Below are positions 27,184 to 37,365 of a DNA stretch of 64,000 bases, one piece after another. Made by a program: the position numbers and the translations under genes. Origin of the DNA: Promethearchaeota archaeon. GTDB taxonomy: Archaea > Asgardarchaeota > Lokiarchaeia > Sigyniarchaeales > SOKP01. Each line of letters starts with the position of its first letter. The stretch's first letter is position 1. The notes under the pieces are model-generated. The model was not told the DNA's origin. It did no database searches and saw only the letters and a list, made by a program, of their open reading frames with translations. The stretch covers positions 192,001 to 256,000 of the forward strand of contig JAUVNS010000004.1 of NCBI GenBank assembly GCA_030599585.1, in the 5' to 3' direction.

Positions 27184-28572
27184 TTATGTATATTTCTCTG
27201 TTAATGAGTTTGTGAGTTCACTCAATTTTTTAGAAATTTTAACATTAAATATATAATTCTCGTCCAATTCTTTAAATTTATTCGGTAATTTTTCGATATT
27301 TTGGTTATAATACTGCTGGATATTATTTAGATTAGGTAATTCCGTTATTAAACTTCCTTCTTTCATCACAAGAGTGAGGAGTGCTTCTGAATTAGGAGGT
27401 GCTGGTTCACTGTCTAACGTTAAAAAATCTTCTCTAAACTCTCCTTGCTTATTGTAAATTCTGTAGATTTGTTTTTTACCAGGATAAGTTAATTTATCTT
27501 CACTAATTTTTATTTTTGGTTTATTGTTATATTCTATGAGCTTATAAACACCCGCTATGGATGGATCGTCCCGAGAAGTAGCTAATTCTGTTCCAATTCC
27601 AAAAGCATCTATGGGGGCGTTGCTCTCTAAGATCTTTTTTATTTTATATTCGTTCAGATCTGAACTCGCAACGATTTGCACTTTTTCACATCCGTTTTTA
27701 TCTAAAATTTTTCTCACTTTTTTAGCGTGTTCAATGAGATCGCCAGAGTCTATCCTGACGGCTTTAATGGTGTTTTTATACTTAGATACCTTTTCAGCAG
27801 CTTTTTCTGTATCAAATGTATCAATTAAGAGAATTGAATTTTTCCCGTAGATGTTATAATACACATCAAAGCTTTCCATTTCGTTATCGAACCTTTGGAC
27901 AAAACTATGCGCCATAGTTCCACTCGAATTAATTCCAAACTCACAATCTGCTATTACATTACTAGTACCATTAAATCCTGCTATATAGCTCGCTCTTGCT
28001 GCGTATACACCTGCGAGCGGACTGTGTGACCTTCTGGTACCAAATTCTAAAAGAATTTTATTTTGGGCAATATTTCTTATTCGAGAAGCTTTCGACGCAA
28101 CAAGAGTCTGATAATTAATAACATTTAAAATGTAAGTTTCAGCTAATTGTGCGTGGAACATCGATCCTTGGATTCTCATAATTGGCTCGTTAGGAAAGAA
28201 GAAATTACCTTCCTTCATTGCCCACACATCTAACTTGAATTTGAATTTAGGTAGGTATTCGTCAAAAAAACTCGAATCGATTTCCTTAAAAACATCTTTT
28301 TTCCTCAGAAATTCTATCGTTTTTTCGGAAAATCTAGCATTCTGTAGATAATGAATTACCTGCTCTAAACCCGCAAAAATTAGGTAATTACGATTTTTAG
28401 GATATTTTCTGATAAAATATTCAAAAACGGCAATATCGTCTTTTTCTTTAATGTGATTATCGAGATTGTACTTATAATAAGCTGCGCCCATTGTGAGTTG
28501 GTAAAAATCAGTACTCAAGATTAAATTTTGGTAGTTAATGAATCCCGATTTTGGATTTTTCATTATCATCAT
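27184..28572 (-). CDS. pncB: Nicotinate phosphoribosyltransferase
   Basis: TDFYQLTM, EFGTRR, GTMAHS, LIDTFD, RIDSGD, GIGT, GVYKL, PGKKQIYR. Confidence 0.95.
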   Translation of the reverse strand: MMIMKNPKSGFINYQNLILSTDFYQLTMGAAYYKYNLDNHIKEKDDIAVFEYFIRKYPKNRNYLIFAGLEQVIHYLQNARFSEKTIEFLRKKDVFKEIDSSFFDEYLPKFKFKLDVWAMKEGNFFFPNEPIMRIQGSMFHAQLAETYILNVINYQTLVASKASRIRNIAQNKILLEFGTRRSHSPLAGVYAARASYIAGFNGTSNVIADCEFGINSSGTMAHSFVQRFDNEMESFDVYYNIYGKNSILLIDTFDTEKAAEKVSKYKNTIKAVRIDSGDLIEHAKKVRKILDKNGCEKVQIVASSDLNEYKIKKILESNAPIDAFGIGTELATSRDDPSIAGVYKLIEYNNKPKIKISEDKLTYPGKKQIYRIYNKQGEFREDFLTLDSEPAPPNSEALLTLVMKEGSLITELPNLNNIQQYYNQNIEKLPNKFKELDENYIFNVKISKKLSELTNSLTEKYT

Positions 28573-28577
28573 CTAAA

Positions 28578-29495
28578 TTATAATTTCTTTAACCCCGTAA
28601 CCCTCTTTAACATAAATCCCAAAAATCTATCTTTATTTACTCCACCGTTGCATGTAATCTTATCTCCTAATTTAAATTTGTCGCTGGAATAAAGTTTTTC
28701 GCTTACTCTTATTTTCAATTCGTCTAAATTTTCTATGTCTTCTTTTCGATAATCGCTTTTTTTTTTCAATTGAGGTCCGAATTCAATATCTTTTAAGGTT
28801 ATTAGATAATATGTGGTTATATTCCCTTGGAAATCATCTTCTTTCTCTTCTATATCTGTTATTTCGGCTTCGTAAAGAGTTATTCTTTTGTGCCTTCCTA
28901 GAAGGGAACTAGGAGCACCTTCATTAATTAACTTTCCATTTTTAATAACTATACTTTCCACATTTTTTTCGAAATCTTTTGGTATAATAGTAAGTTTCCA
29001 ATCTGATAATTTGAAATAATTTTTCTTTAATGAGTAAATAAATCCAACCCAAAAATGGTTACAAAAACCCATATTTGAGCCTACTCTACAATCGCAATCT
29101 CGTTCAGGATCATTAATATTATTTGGAGTTATTGACAAATAGGAACCAGCCTCCCAATTAAATCCTTTGAACTTGAGTTCTATTTCATGGTTTTTATCAT
29201 TAATTATCTTAATATCAGTAATAGATTCTCGATCTTCACCATTAATTTTCTTGAGAGCGGTCTGAATTTCGCCTTTTATTATCTCTATTTCCTTTTGCTT
29301 GATTAAATCTTTTAATTCTTCCTCTGCCAATGAATCAAGAATAAAAGCAATTAATTCCAATTTCTTAAATTTAGAAAAGCCTTTAATTCCAAAGTCTCTA
29401 CAAATTTGTTTTAAACCGTCCGTATTCAAAGATTGGAGGAGGTATTTCATATAAGTCTTATCGTCTAGTTTTTTGCTCAAAATTTCCACTCTCAA
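28578..29495 (-). CDS. Probable nucleic-acid-binding protein: HeH/Rho-N-like + SWIM zinc finger + OB-fold-like
   Basis: LNTDGLKQICRDFGIKGFSKFKKLELI; CDC-x8-CNH; beta-rich C-terminus. Confidence 0.65.
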   Translation of the reverse strand: MRVEILSKKLDDKTYMKYLLQSLNTDGLKQICRDFGIKGFSKFKKLELIAFILDSLAEEELKDLIKQKEIEIIKGEIQTALKKINGEDRESITDIKIINDKNHEIELKFKGFNWEAGSYLSITPNNINDPERDCDCRVGSNMGFCNHFWVGFIYSLKKNYFKLSDWKLTIIPKDFEKNVESIVIKNGKLINEGAPSSLLGRHKRITLYEAEITDIEEKEDDFQGNITTYYLITLKDIEFGPQLKKKSDYRKEDIENLDELKIRVSEKLYSSDKFKLGDKITCNGGVNKDRFLGFMLKRVTGLKKL

Positions 29496-29739
29496 TTTTT
29501 TAATTGTCTGTAAGTTATTTCTATGATGTTTACCAATAAATAAATTATCCTTTCTTATTTAATTATGATTGTCCTAAACCTTATGATTTTATATCTTTTA
29601 TCCTTAATCTTACCAAAAAATGTGTTAATAAGAGAGTGAAAAAAAAAATTTATAATAATTAGATCATCGAATTCTCGTAAAAATTTACGAACTTATCGAT
29701 GGGAAAACTTTCGGACAGCGAATTTTACGTAACATTAAC

Positions 29740-30354
29740 TTACTTTAACATTGTCCCATTAACGAGAATATTTGTTAAATTTTCAATAAGCTCTTCCTCT
29801 TCAAGTTCAAAATCACTCCGAATCCACCAAATAAAGACTCCAAGTACCGTAGATGTCCAAACTCTAGCTGTTATTTTAGGGTTTTGATCACGAGCTCCGA
29901 ATTTTATTAGTCTTGAGATGATTTTTTCTACCTCATTCGTAAAATTGTCAAGAATCTCATTTCTTTTGGCTCGGTATTTTTGCTCCATTCCCCCCATTTG
30001 CTCAAAAAAAATTAGAAATGTTTCTTTTTTTTCCCTAAACATCTTAGCGTATCCTCGAAAAAGATTATTAACCGCAGAGATTGGTGGAATTCTGTTTTGC
30101 TCGAAATAGATAAATAATTCTCTAAATTTGCTTATCATAAGTTCAGTTAATCCACTAATTAATACTTCAATTACGTCCTCTTTTGAATTAAAGTAATTAT
30201 AGAAGTTCCCTACACTCGTATTAGCCCGTTCTGTGATATCTTTTATACGAGTATTATTAAATCCTTTTTCTTCAAAAACAGAAAGAGCTGATATTATAAA
30301 TAAATTTCTTTTCTCCTTCTTTATTATTTCAGACTTCTTCTCTCTTAAAGACAC
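29740..30354 (-). CDS. TetR/AcrR family transcriptional regulator
   Basis: ALSVFEEKGFNNTRIKDITERANTSVGNFYNYFNSKED. Confidence 0.95.
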   Translation of the reverse strand: MSLREKKSEIIKKEKRNLFIISALSVFEEKGFNNTRIKDITERANTSVGNFYNYFNSKEDVIEVLISGLTELMISKFRELFIYFEQNRIPPISAVNNLFRGYAKMFREKKETFLIFFEQMGGMEQKYRAKRNEILDNFTNEVEKIISRLIKFGARDQNPKITARVWTSTVLGVFIWWIRSDFELEEEELIENLTNILVNGTMLK

Positions 30355-30680
30355 CTATGGTCAACTCAAAAAATCATGAACAATTTGTATTATGTTAAAA
30401 TTCAAAAAAATTATTATTACATGTTAAGAAAATATGTTAAAATTTATTACTTATTAATTTTCAATTTTCTATTGATTTATTATGTTTTTGGGGACTCTTG
30501 TATCTGATTATATTTAATGATATGTCTATCTGTAAGAAGTAAGAAGGGAACTACAATTTACGGAGCAGGTAAAAAATACTAATTTAGATGGCGGGAAAAT
30601 GATAGGTATTTTTTAAAAAGTGTTTTTTTTTAATATCTTTCCTATGTTTTTCGTTGAGTAATAAAGATCGATGCAAAATA

Positions 30681-30694
30681 AATGAACGTTCATT
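30681..30694. promoter_or_regulatory. Perfect 14-bp palindrome AATGAACGTTCATT, candidate TetR operator
   Basis: In the divergent intergenic region upstream of the TetR gene; extra half-site TGAACG at 30698. Confidence 0.5.
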
Positions 30695-30845
30695 CAGTGA
30701 ACGAGGATTCGGAGCGCTTTTTTCATACATTTACTCTTAGGAATATTACCAAAATGTTTAAAAGTAAGACAGTCCATTTATGATTTAATTAGATAGATAA
30801 TCATTTAAGTAAAAAAATATACGCATATAAAATGTGATCATAAAA

Positions 30846-31055
30846 ATGAGTAATAGTACACCAGAATATTTGAAATTCTTTGGCGAATTTAAGTTCGCTG
30901 AAGAAAAAAGTTTAAGTGCAAGCGATTTTGAAAGCTCCCTTACAAAACATTTTTCGAAAGAGGAAAAGAGACCAAAAGGACGCTATAAATTTGCTGAACT
31001 GAACAATTCTTACATAAAGGATTTTGAGGATTCCTTTAATAAGTATTTTGAATAA
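30846..31055 (+). CDS. Small protein with two internal repeats
   Basis: GEFKFAE...DFESSLTKHF and GRYKFAE...DFEDSFNKYF; ATG 30846 preferred to GTG 30834. Confidence 0.75.
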   Translation: MSNSTPEYLKFFGEFKFAEEKSLSASDFESSLTKHFSKEEKRPKGRYKFAELNNSYIKDFEDSFNKYFE

Positions 31056-31125
31056 TAGATTAAGATTTTTTTTAATAATATCTTCATACTTTAATTTTTC
31101 TTATTATAATTCTTTATTGCATTTT

Positions 31126-31347
31126 TTAATACTCGAGATCAAAAATTTTATTTATTAATTGACATCCTCTATTATCCTTCACCTCAGAATCGAAAAAGCA
31201 ACGAGCTTTGATGTCATTTTTTTTAGTAGAATATCTCATGCAACCCCAGCACTGCCCTTTAGCGAGACTTATCTTTTTTTTACTATTTCTTTGCCTAACT
31301 AATTCACAGATTTCTAGTGCGATCTGTTCGGGAATAGGATTTTTCAT
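31126..31347 (-). CDS. Small Cys-rich hypothetical protein
   Basis: 73 aa, five Cys including CWGC; GTGA SD. Confidence 0.7.
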   Translation of the reverse strand: MKNPIPEQIALEICELVRQRNSKKKISLAKGQCWGCMRYSTKKNDIKARCFFDSEVKDNRGCQLINKIFDLEY

Positions 31348-31510
31348 TCAAAATATCACATTTTATATCTATTTCTAAGTGAAATATTACCTTAATTAAT
31401 TTAAAAGTTTACGAGTCCATTTATTGAGATACTCTATAGAATCTAAAGGGTTGATTTATATTATAAGAAAGTCAATAGAAATTAGTTATCTCAAAAAAGA
31501 AGGACATATT

Positions 31511-32356
31511 ATGGAACTACTGAATGAAATAGAAGAAAAATTCGTTGAAACCAACAATGTTAAACTCCATACTATTATAGTTGGGGAAGGTCCGCCTTTA
31601 ATTCTGCTCCACGGATTTCCAGATTTTTGGTATGGGTGGAAAAGCGTAATTCCAGGTCTTAAAAGTGATTATAAACTGATTATCCCTGATATGCGTGGAT
31701 ATAATTTGTCTGACAAGCCAGAAGGTGCAGAAAATTATAAGATCGAAACTTTAGTTGAGGATATTAGAGGTTTAATTGAATTCTTGGGTTTAGGAAGGGT
31801 TTTTCTTGCTGGACACGATTGGGGTGGTATTGTTGCATGGGCATTTGCTGAAAAACATCCTGAATTACTACAAAAGCTAGCAATATTAAACGCTCCTCAC
31901 ATGAAAATATTTCAACAAAAACTGAAGACAGACAAAAAACAACAAAAAGCCAGTTTTTACATTTTTGAATTTCTTAAACCTGATGGAGAAAAATTTCTGA
32001 TTAAAAACGACTATCAGTGGTTAAAATTCGCTGTTTTTGAAGGAATGATAAATAAGAAAAATTTTACCGATTTCGACAAAAAGCAATATTTTAGTGCTTG
32101 GACGCAACCGGGGGCAATTTTGGGAGGCGTAAATTATTACAGAGCAAATTTAAGCTTCAAAAACTTGACGGGAAAAATAACCGTGCCTACTTTAGTTATC
32201 CACGGGATGAAAGATGTGGCGGTACTACCATCTGTTTTGGACGAATTATCTAATTATGTGAGCGATTTAAAAGTCATTCGCGCTGAAAATGCGTCTCATT
32301 GGGTTATGCACGATGTTCCTGAATTAATAGTTTCCTCCTTTAAGGAATTCTTCTAA
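31511..32356 (+). CDS. Alpha/beta hydrolase, epoxide hydrolase type
   Basis: HGFP, GHDWG (Asp nucleophile), NYYRA, SHW; ATG 31511 more likely than TTG 31424. Confidence 0.92.
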   Translation: MELLNEIEEKFVETNNVKLHTIIVGEGPPLILLHGFPDFWYGWKSVIPGLKSDYKLIIPDMRGYNLSDKPEGAENYKIETLVEDIRGLIEFLGLGRVFLAGHDWGGIVAWAFAEKHPELLQKLAILNAPHMKIFQQKLKTDKKQQKASFYIFEFLKPDGEKFLIKNDYQWLKFAVFEGMINKKNFTDFDKKQYFSAWTQPGAILGGVNYYRANLSFKNLTGKITVPTLVIHGMKDVAVLPSVLDELSNYVSDLKVIRAENASHWVMHDVPELIVSSFKEFF

Positions 32357-32550
32357 TTTTTCGTCTGAGTTTTCCCTTTCATTAGCCCATTTAATGATTT
32401 CAGTTATTTCTTATTATTATATCAAGGTATATCTCTTTTATTCGATTTAATATAACATAAACCATAGATTTATATGGTTACATTTTCATGAAAAATCATA
32501 GGAAAATATTTAACTTTAATCTAAAATTACAATAATAGAAAAATCACTTT

Positions 32551-33003
32551 TTGAAAAATATGCCAGAAAAAGAAGCTTGGGCTTACCAGCTTGATTGGTT
32601 AAATATTGTAACAATCTTGGGATTAGATTCAATTGACCAGGTCTCCGAAGATAAAAGAATTAGAGTAACCAAAAAGCTCTCTAAACTCTACGATTCAGAA
32701 TCTCTGCTATCGTTTAAACCTCAAGAATTGGATGAGTTAGTCGCAAGTGAATTAAAAAACCTTATGGAAAAAGAATTAAGGATACATGCAAAACAAAAAG
32801 AAAGAATACAGAAACAAATGAAAAATAGAATGCCTTCCTTCAAACAACCAGGCGTAATACCAATTGACATGAACGATTTAAAAAATTTACCTGACGAAAT
32901 AAAAAAAATGCTTTCTAAGATGTTTATGCAGAATGAAGGGGACGACGATAAGGACGATGATGGCGACAATTATAGCGAAGATAATAACTCTTACTATATT
33001 TAA
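32551..33003 (+). CDS. Hypothetical protein with acidic tail ending YYI
   Basis: 150-aa ORF (start possibly ATG 32560). Confidence 0.75.
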   Translation: MKNMPEKEAWAYQLDWLNIVTILGLDSIDQVSEDKRIRVTKKLSKLYDSESLLSFKPQELDELVASELKNLMEKELRIHAKQKERIQKQMKNRMPSFKQPGVIPIDMNDLKNLPDEIKKMLSKMFMQNEGDDDKDDDGDNYSEDNNSYYI

Positions 33004-33031
33004 CCTAAGTTAATAAAATAAAAAAAAGATT

Positions 33032-34654
33032 TTAAGAGATTTTATTTATCAAACGATTTATATCTGCTTTTTTAACTTTTTTGTAGAATATGTAGAATAC
33101 TAGATATATACTAGATGACCATATAATCCAAGAGAGCGCTTGGTATGTATCTATGTTTAAAAAATAGTTAATTAAATCTTCTAAAACATAAAATCCTAAA
33201 TCTGTTAACTTTCCTGGAAAATCAACAATTTTAGGATAAAATTGAATGGCAATGGTTTCGTGTGTGTTGTTTTTTAAGTTCTTAAAAATGTTTGCTATGG
33301 TTTTATTGCTTGGATCATCTAATTTTAATTTGGTAAATGTGTTTAAATCTTCATTAGTGTGAATATCGGACCCTGCTATGCAAATTAAACTGTTATTTTT
33401 GCAAAATTCACGAATTTCTGTGTATTTATTATAGCTTCCCCCGTTGATAATTTCAAAACCGTCAACGCCCCAATCTCTTAATTGTTCAAGAGTATAAGGG
33501 GTACCAAATCCTCCTTCAGGATTAAGTTCATACTGATAATGGTTTACCGTTATAAAACCGCCATTAGCTTTTACATAAATGATTAGTTCTGAAGCATTCA
33601 TAACTTCTGGGCCACCAAGGGCGTATGATTCGGGAGGGACGATTTCTTCTTCTAACCCAAAATAATTCATATGAATTTCGGGGTCAGGTTCGTGATTTGT
33701 CCATTCTTCCGCAATCCAAACTGTAAAATCCAATCCGTTCTTCTCTACGAATTCGCGAGCAACTAGAGCCCCTCTAATATTATCGTGATCGGAAAAAGCA
33801 GCTCCTGAAATTCCATGTTCAATATACCACAAAACTCTCTCCTCGGGAGTAAGCCACCCATCGGAAAAAGTCGTGTGAACGTGAAAATCAAATAAAAACT
33901 CATCGTCCTCTAGAGATGTGGTGGGCACGATTCTGTGAGGAGGAAATTGTATTGACAATAAAATAACGTTAGAACCAAGTAGTAAAAATATAATCCCGGT
34001 AAAATAGACTAACTCTTTTTTCAAATTATAGGTAATTCGTGTATTTTTTGACTTCGCCCGACGATTGTTATTTTCGATTTTTCCAGCAAGGTTAAGGTTC
34101 AGTCTAGGATGGATTAGCTTTAATAACGTGTATCCAACCTTTATTCCAAGTAAAATAAAGCATAGGTGTATTCCAACTTGAACAGGAACCATGAAATACC
34201 GGCTGACAAAGAAAAAGCCTTGGATTAAGTACCCTATTATGATTATTAATAAGATTACTACAAGCGTTATTGAAAAGATTTTAAATGCAAAATAAATGAT
34301 GTCATTCAAAACATGCCTAACTTGGTTGTATTTTTTTGAATGCAGTTTACCCCTCTTTCTTAAGAACACATAAACAACTCGTAGAATTGGATAAATTATT
34401 AAGAATAGCAAGAGCCAAGTAAATTCATATTCCAAGATAAAGGCAATTATTGCAAAAGGTTCGATGACGTATCTAAGCCATGGTAAAATACTAGAATATT
34501 CGGAAGAAACATCGATTTGTCCAAGAGCATCGTAAAAAACGATCTCTCTCGTCCCTACTACAGCTAAAACAAGCAAGATAGCAATCCAAATAGAAAAGAG
34601 TAATGATATTACTGAAAATACTTTATTTTTTAATAAAAAAGACTTTAGACGCAT
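33032..34654 (-). CDS. Membrane-anchored PHP-domain metallophosphoesterase
   Basis: N-terminal TM segments; DFHVHTTFSDG, SDHD, GSDIH; C-terminal TM. Confidence 0.88.
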   Translation of the reverse strand: MRLKSFLLKNKVFSVISLLFSIWIAILLVLAVVGTREIVFYDALGQIDVSSEYSSILPWLRYVIEPFAIIAFILEYEFTWLLLFLIIYPILRVVYVFLRKRGKLHSKKYNQVRHVLNDIIYFAFKIFSITLVVILLIIIIGYLIQGFFFVSRYFMVPVQVGIHLCFILLGIKVGYTLLKLIHPRLNLNLAGKIENNNRRAKSKNTRITYNLKKELVYFTGIIFLLLGSNVILLSIQFPPHRIVPTTSLEDDEFLFDFHVHTTFSDGWLTPEERVLWYIEHGISGAAFSDHDNIRGALVAREFVEKNGLDFTVWIAEEWTNHEPDPEIHMNYFGLEEEIVPPESYALGGPEVMNASELIIYVKANGGFITVNHYQYELNPEGGFGTPYTLEQLRDWGVDGFEIINGGSYNKYTEIREFCKNNSLICIAGSDIHTNEDLNTFTKLKLDDPSNKTIANIFKNLKNNTHETIAIQFYPKIVDFPGKLTDLGFYVLEDLINYFLNIDTYQALSWIIWSSSIYLVFYIFYKKVKKADINRLINKIS

Positions 34655-34712
34655 AAATATTACTTTGTTCTTATCCTTTAAAATATAAACTATACCAAGT
34701 TCTTTCTAAAAT

Positions 34713-35906
34713 TTAAATAAAAGTATCCAATGTTTTTAGAAAATCGGAAAACTTTTGATATATTCTTACATCAACTACAGGTAAGTTTTCACATATTAGT
34801 TGAGTTAATTCCTTCTTATCTATTTTACATCTATAAAAAGGCTTTTTACCTTTCAACAGAAGAAAAAGTACTGGAGTCTGGATATTTGAAGGATTAAAAT
34901 CTAAATTTTTGTCTAATTCGAAAGACTTTTTTAACTTTTGAATAATGCATTCATACATTTTTTCTTTTGTTCTAAATTCTGTTTTAAAATAGATGTGTTC
35001 CCATCGAGAGGTTCTATTTGGTAATCGAATTTTTTTAACACATTTGGTATAGATCTCGTTTTTAGTTATTGAGACTAAAAATATTCCTCTTATGAATGAA
35101 AAATCCGAGGAACACGCGGCTTCAGATGATCCCGGATTAAAAATCCAGTCGTCCAAGATAAATTGTAAGTGAAAATGACCAAGTGCTAAATAATTTACTC
35201 TCTCCTTTAGCATTTGGATTCTTCGGTAATCAACACCAGGAACATGTTCCATTTGGCCTTTAATTCCAAAATGCTGAAGAAGAATGTGAAAAAAATCGTC
35301 GTCTTTTACGATTCCGTTGTTCAGCTTTAAAAGATATTCCTCTGGATTTTGCCCTAAGTATCTCGTACCGTAAATAACTACATTTTTTATTCTGATCTTG
35401 CCACCTTTCCGAGCTTTGAAATCGTATTCTTTAAACATTTCGTCCGGCGGTAATTCTACATCCGCATCAAGCAAAATGATTAATCCTAAACTCGCTAATA
35501 ACTTTAACCAAGACTGACCCCGCTGCTTAAACCTTTGACCTCTCGAAAATTTGCGAATATCGTGGTTTCCTTCAATTGCTATTATTAAAATTTGGTTTTT
35601 CGTGACTTTTTTAAAATTTGTCAGAAGATTAACTATTTTGGTTAATTTCCCCGGTAGCATTTCTAAGGATGTAAAAACATCTCCCCCTAATAACAAAAAA
35701 TCTACTTGATGGATAATAGCTAAAGATAAAATTTCCTCAAAAGCAAAAATAAAATCGTTCGCACGATAATCGTTACGATATTGGTGACTGCCTAAATGAA
35801 TGTCACTAGCGTGGATAAATTTTATTGAGTGCTTATTATCGCATGGAATTATTGTTAGATTCTCTAAATTTGGGTCAAATACTTTGGCACTCGTCATTAA
35901 CATCAA
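34713..35906 (-). CDS. Mre11/SbcD-like metallophosphoesterase (DNA repair exonuclease family)
   Basis: HASDIHLG, GGDVF, GNHD, LALGHFH, NPGSSE. Confidence 0.88.
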   Translation of the reverse strand: MMLMTSAKVFDPNLENLTIIPCDNKHSIKFIHASDIHLGSHQYRNDYRANDFIFAFEEILSLAIIHQVDFLLLGGDVFTSLEMLPGKLTKIVNLLTNFKKVTKNQILIIAIEGNHDIRKFSRGQRFKQRGQSWLKLLASLGLIILLDADVELPPDEMFKEYDFKARKGGKIRIKNVVIYGTRYLGQNPEEYLLKLNNGIVKDDDFFHILLQHFGIKGQMEHVPGVDYRRIQMLKERVNYLALGHFHLQFILDDWIFNPGSSEAACSSDFSFIRGIFLVSITKNEIYTKCVKKIRLPNRTSRWEHIYFKTEFRTKEKMYECIIQKLKKSFELDKNLDFNPSNIQTPVLFLLLKGKKPFYRCKIDKKELTQLICENLPVVDVRIYQKFSDFLKTLDTFI

Positions 35907-36005
35907 TTAAAAGACATTATTTTGATATAAGGATAAAGTGTCAATGAAAACATATAAACCAAAAAGGACTATAAAAATAGTAAAAAAAAGAGGTAAAAGT
36001 TTATT

Positions 36006-37265
36006 TCAAGTAAAGTACAGCTTTTCTTTTAATGAACTATTTATTTGTTTAAGCAGTTGTCGTTTAACTCCGCTGTCAAACTCATAATGTCTCGTATTTA
36101 AAAATTCTTCAAGTAATTCTTTATTAAGGTTTGGATATTCGTTAGTTTTTACCCAGCTAATTGCTTCTTCTATTAACTTACCATCTCCACCACCAACAAA
36201 AGGGGGTAAGTAAAAGTCTGCAATTATTTTAGAAGAATAGAGCGTTCTAACATATAACCCTTTATGCTCTAAATTACGATACAAATGAGGTACTTTTTCC
36301 GAAAGGGTATCTATTACAACATTTTTACCTGCTTTTTGGATTTTTTTGTACAGAGGGATCCATTCTTCTGATCCTTGCGGCTGTCGACCTGCTCCTGATA
36401 CCCATTGGATACCCGTTAAGTGAGAGATTGATAAAAAATCATCTAAAAACGGAATTTGATAGGGACCATCCATATGATAAATTCCATAATCCATATGTTC
36501 AATTTGAGTAATTATATCTGGTAAAGCAAACCTTTTAAACCATTTTGGATTAAGCATTGCGATAAAGTCACATTGCACAGGATACCAACTTTTCCTACAC
36601 CAAATATTAAGCCAAGCATTAAAGCCTTTGCAATCCCTCTTAATCATTTCATAAAGCTTGTCGTAGATTTTTAATAACTTTTCAAGAATTATTTCTCGGC
36701 AAGTATCTATTATGTGTGGTTTACGTTTCATAGTTAGTAATAGATTAGTTGGCCCTAAGAACGATGAAAGAATATCTAAAACACCTCCAAGATCTGTAAT
36801 TGAAATCTGATAATTCTCTTTCGCTCTCTTCACAGCATACTCTGTAATTCTAAGAATCCTTGAATACCATTCGTTATTCTGGTTTAATTTTACACTTTCA
36901 AGGAGAGATATTATTTCTTCTGGTTTGGTTGGGCGACTGAACCAAACAGTTTCAGATTTAAATTCAGGTTCAACGCCAAAAATAGCTGCAACTACGCCCG
37001 GTCCGTAATTTGGAAAATAAGAAGGTATTGCTTCTCCACCATAAAATGTTTTTTCCGCAGTTTTCTCAAATTTATCAAGAGCTTCCTCGATACTCTCTGG
37101 GTTTTTTGCTAACCTCCAATCTTGCCCTAAGGCGTCTAAATAACCTCCAATGGATGACCTTTTCTTCGAAAAATAGTACGATATAACCGGACGATCAATT
37201 ACCTCGTGATCCCACCACGCATCCATGCGTTCTTTCGATTCTTCAATATCTTCTTTTAATAACAT
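36006..37265 (-). CDS. Uroporphyrinogen decarboxylase / cobamide methyltransferase (URO-D-like) family protein
   Basis: DILSSFLG, QCDFIAMLNPKWFKRFALP, YHMDG, IQWVSG. Confidence 0.75.
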   Translation of the reverse strand: MLLKEDIEESKERMDAWWDHEVIDRPVISYYFSKKRSSIGGYLDALGQDWRLAKNPESIEEALDKFEKTAEKTFYGGEAIPSYFPNYGPGVVAAIFGVEPEFKSETVWFSRPTKPEEIISLLESVKLNQNNEWYSRILRITEYAVKRAKENYQISITDLGGVLDILSSFLGPTNLLLTMKRKPHIIDTCREIILEKLLKIYDKLYEMIKRDCKGFNAWLNIWCRKSWYPVQCDFIAMLNPKWFKRFALPDIITQIEHMDYGIYHMDGPYQIPFLDDFLSISHLTGIQWVSGAGRQPQGSEEWIPLYKKIQKAGKNVVIDTLSEKVPHLYRNLEHKGLYVRTLYSSKIIADFYLPPFVGGGDGKLIEEAISWVKTNEYPNLNKELLEEFLNTRHYEFDSGVKRQLLKQINSSLKEKLYFT

Positions 37266-37365
37266 AATAATAAACCTACCATCAAATTGAATATTTCATA
37301 TGCCAAAATTATTAATCTTTTTTGAATTATTCGAATTATTTTATTACGACAAATAGATAATTAGA

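Noticed and set aside
30682-30783. 33-codon ORF starting within the palindrome
   Set aside because: No SD, codon bias or downstream structure to support it.
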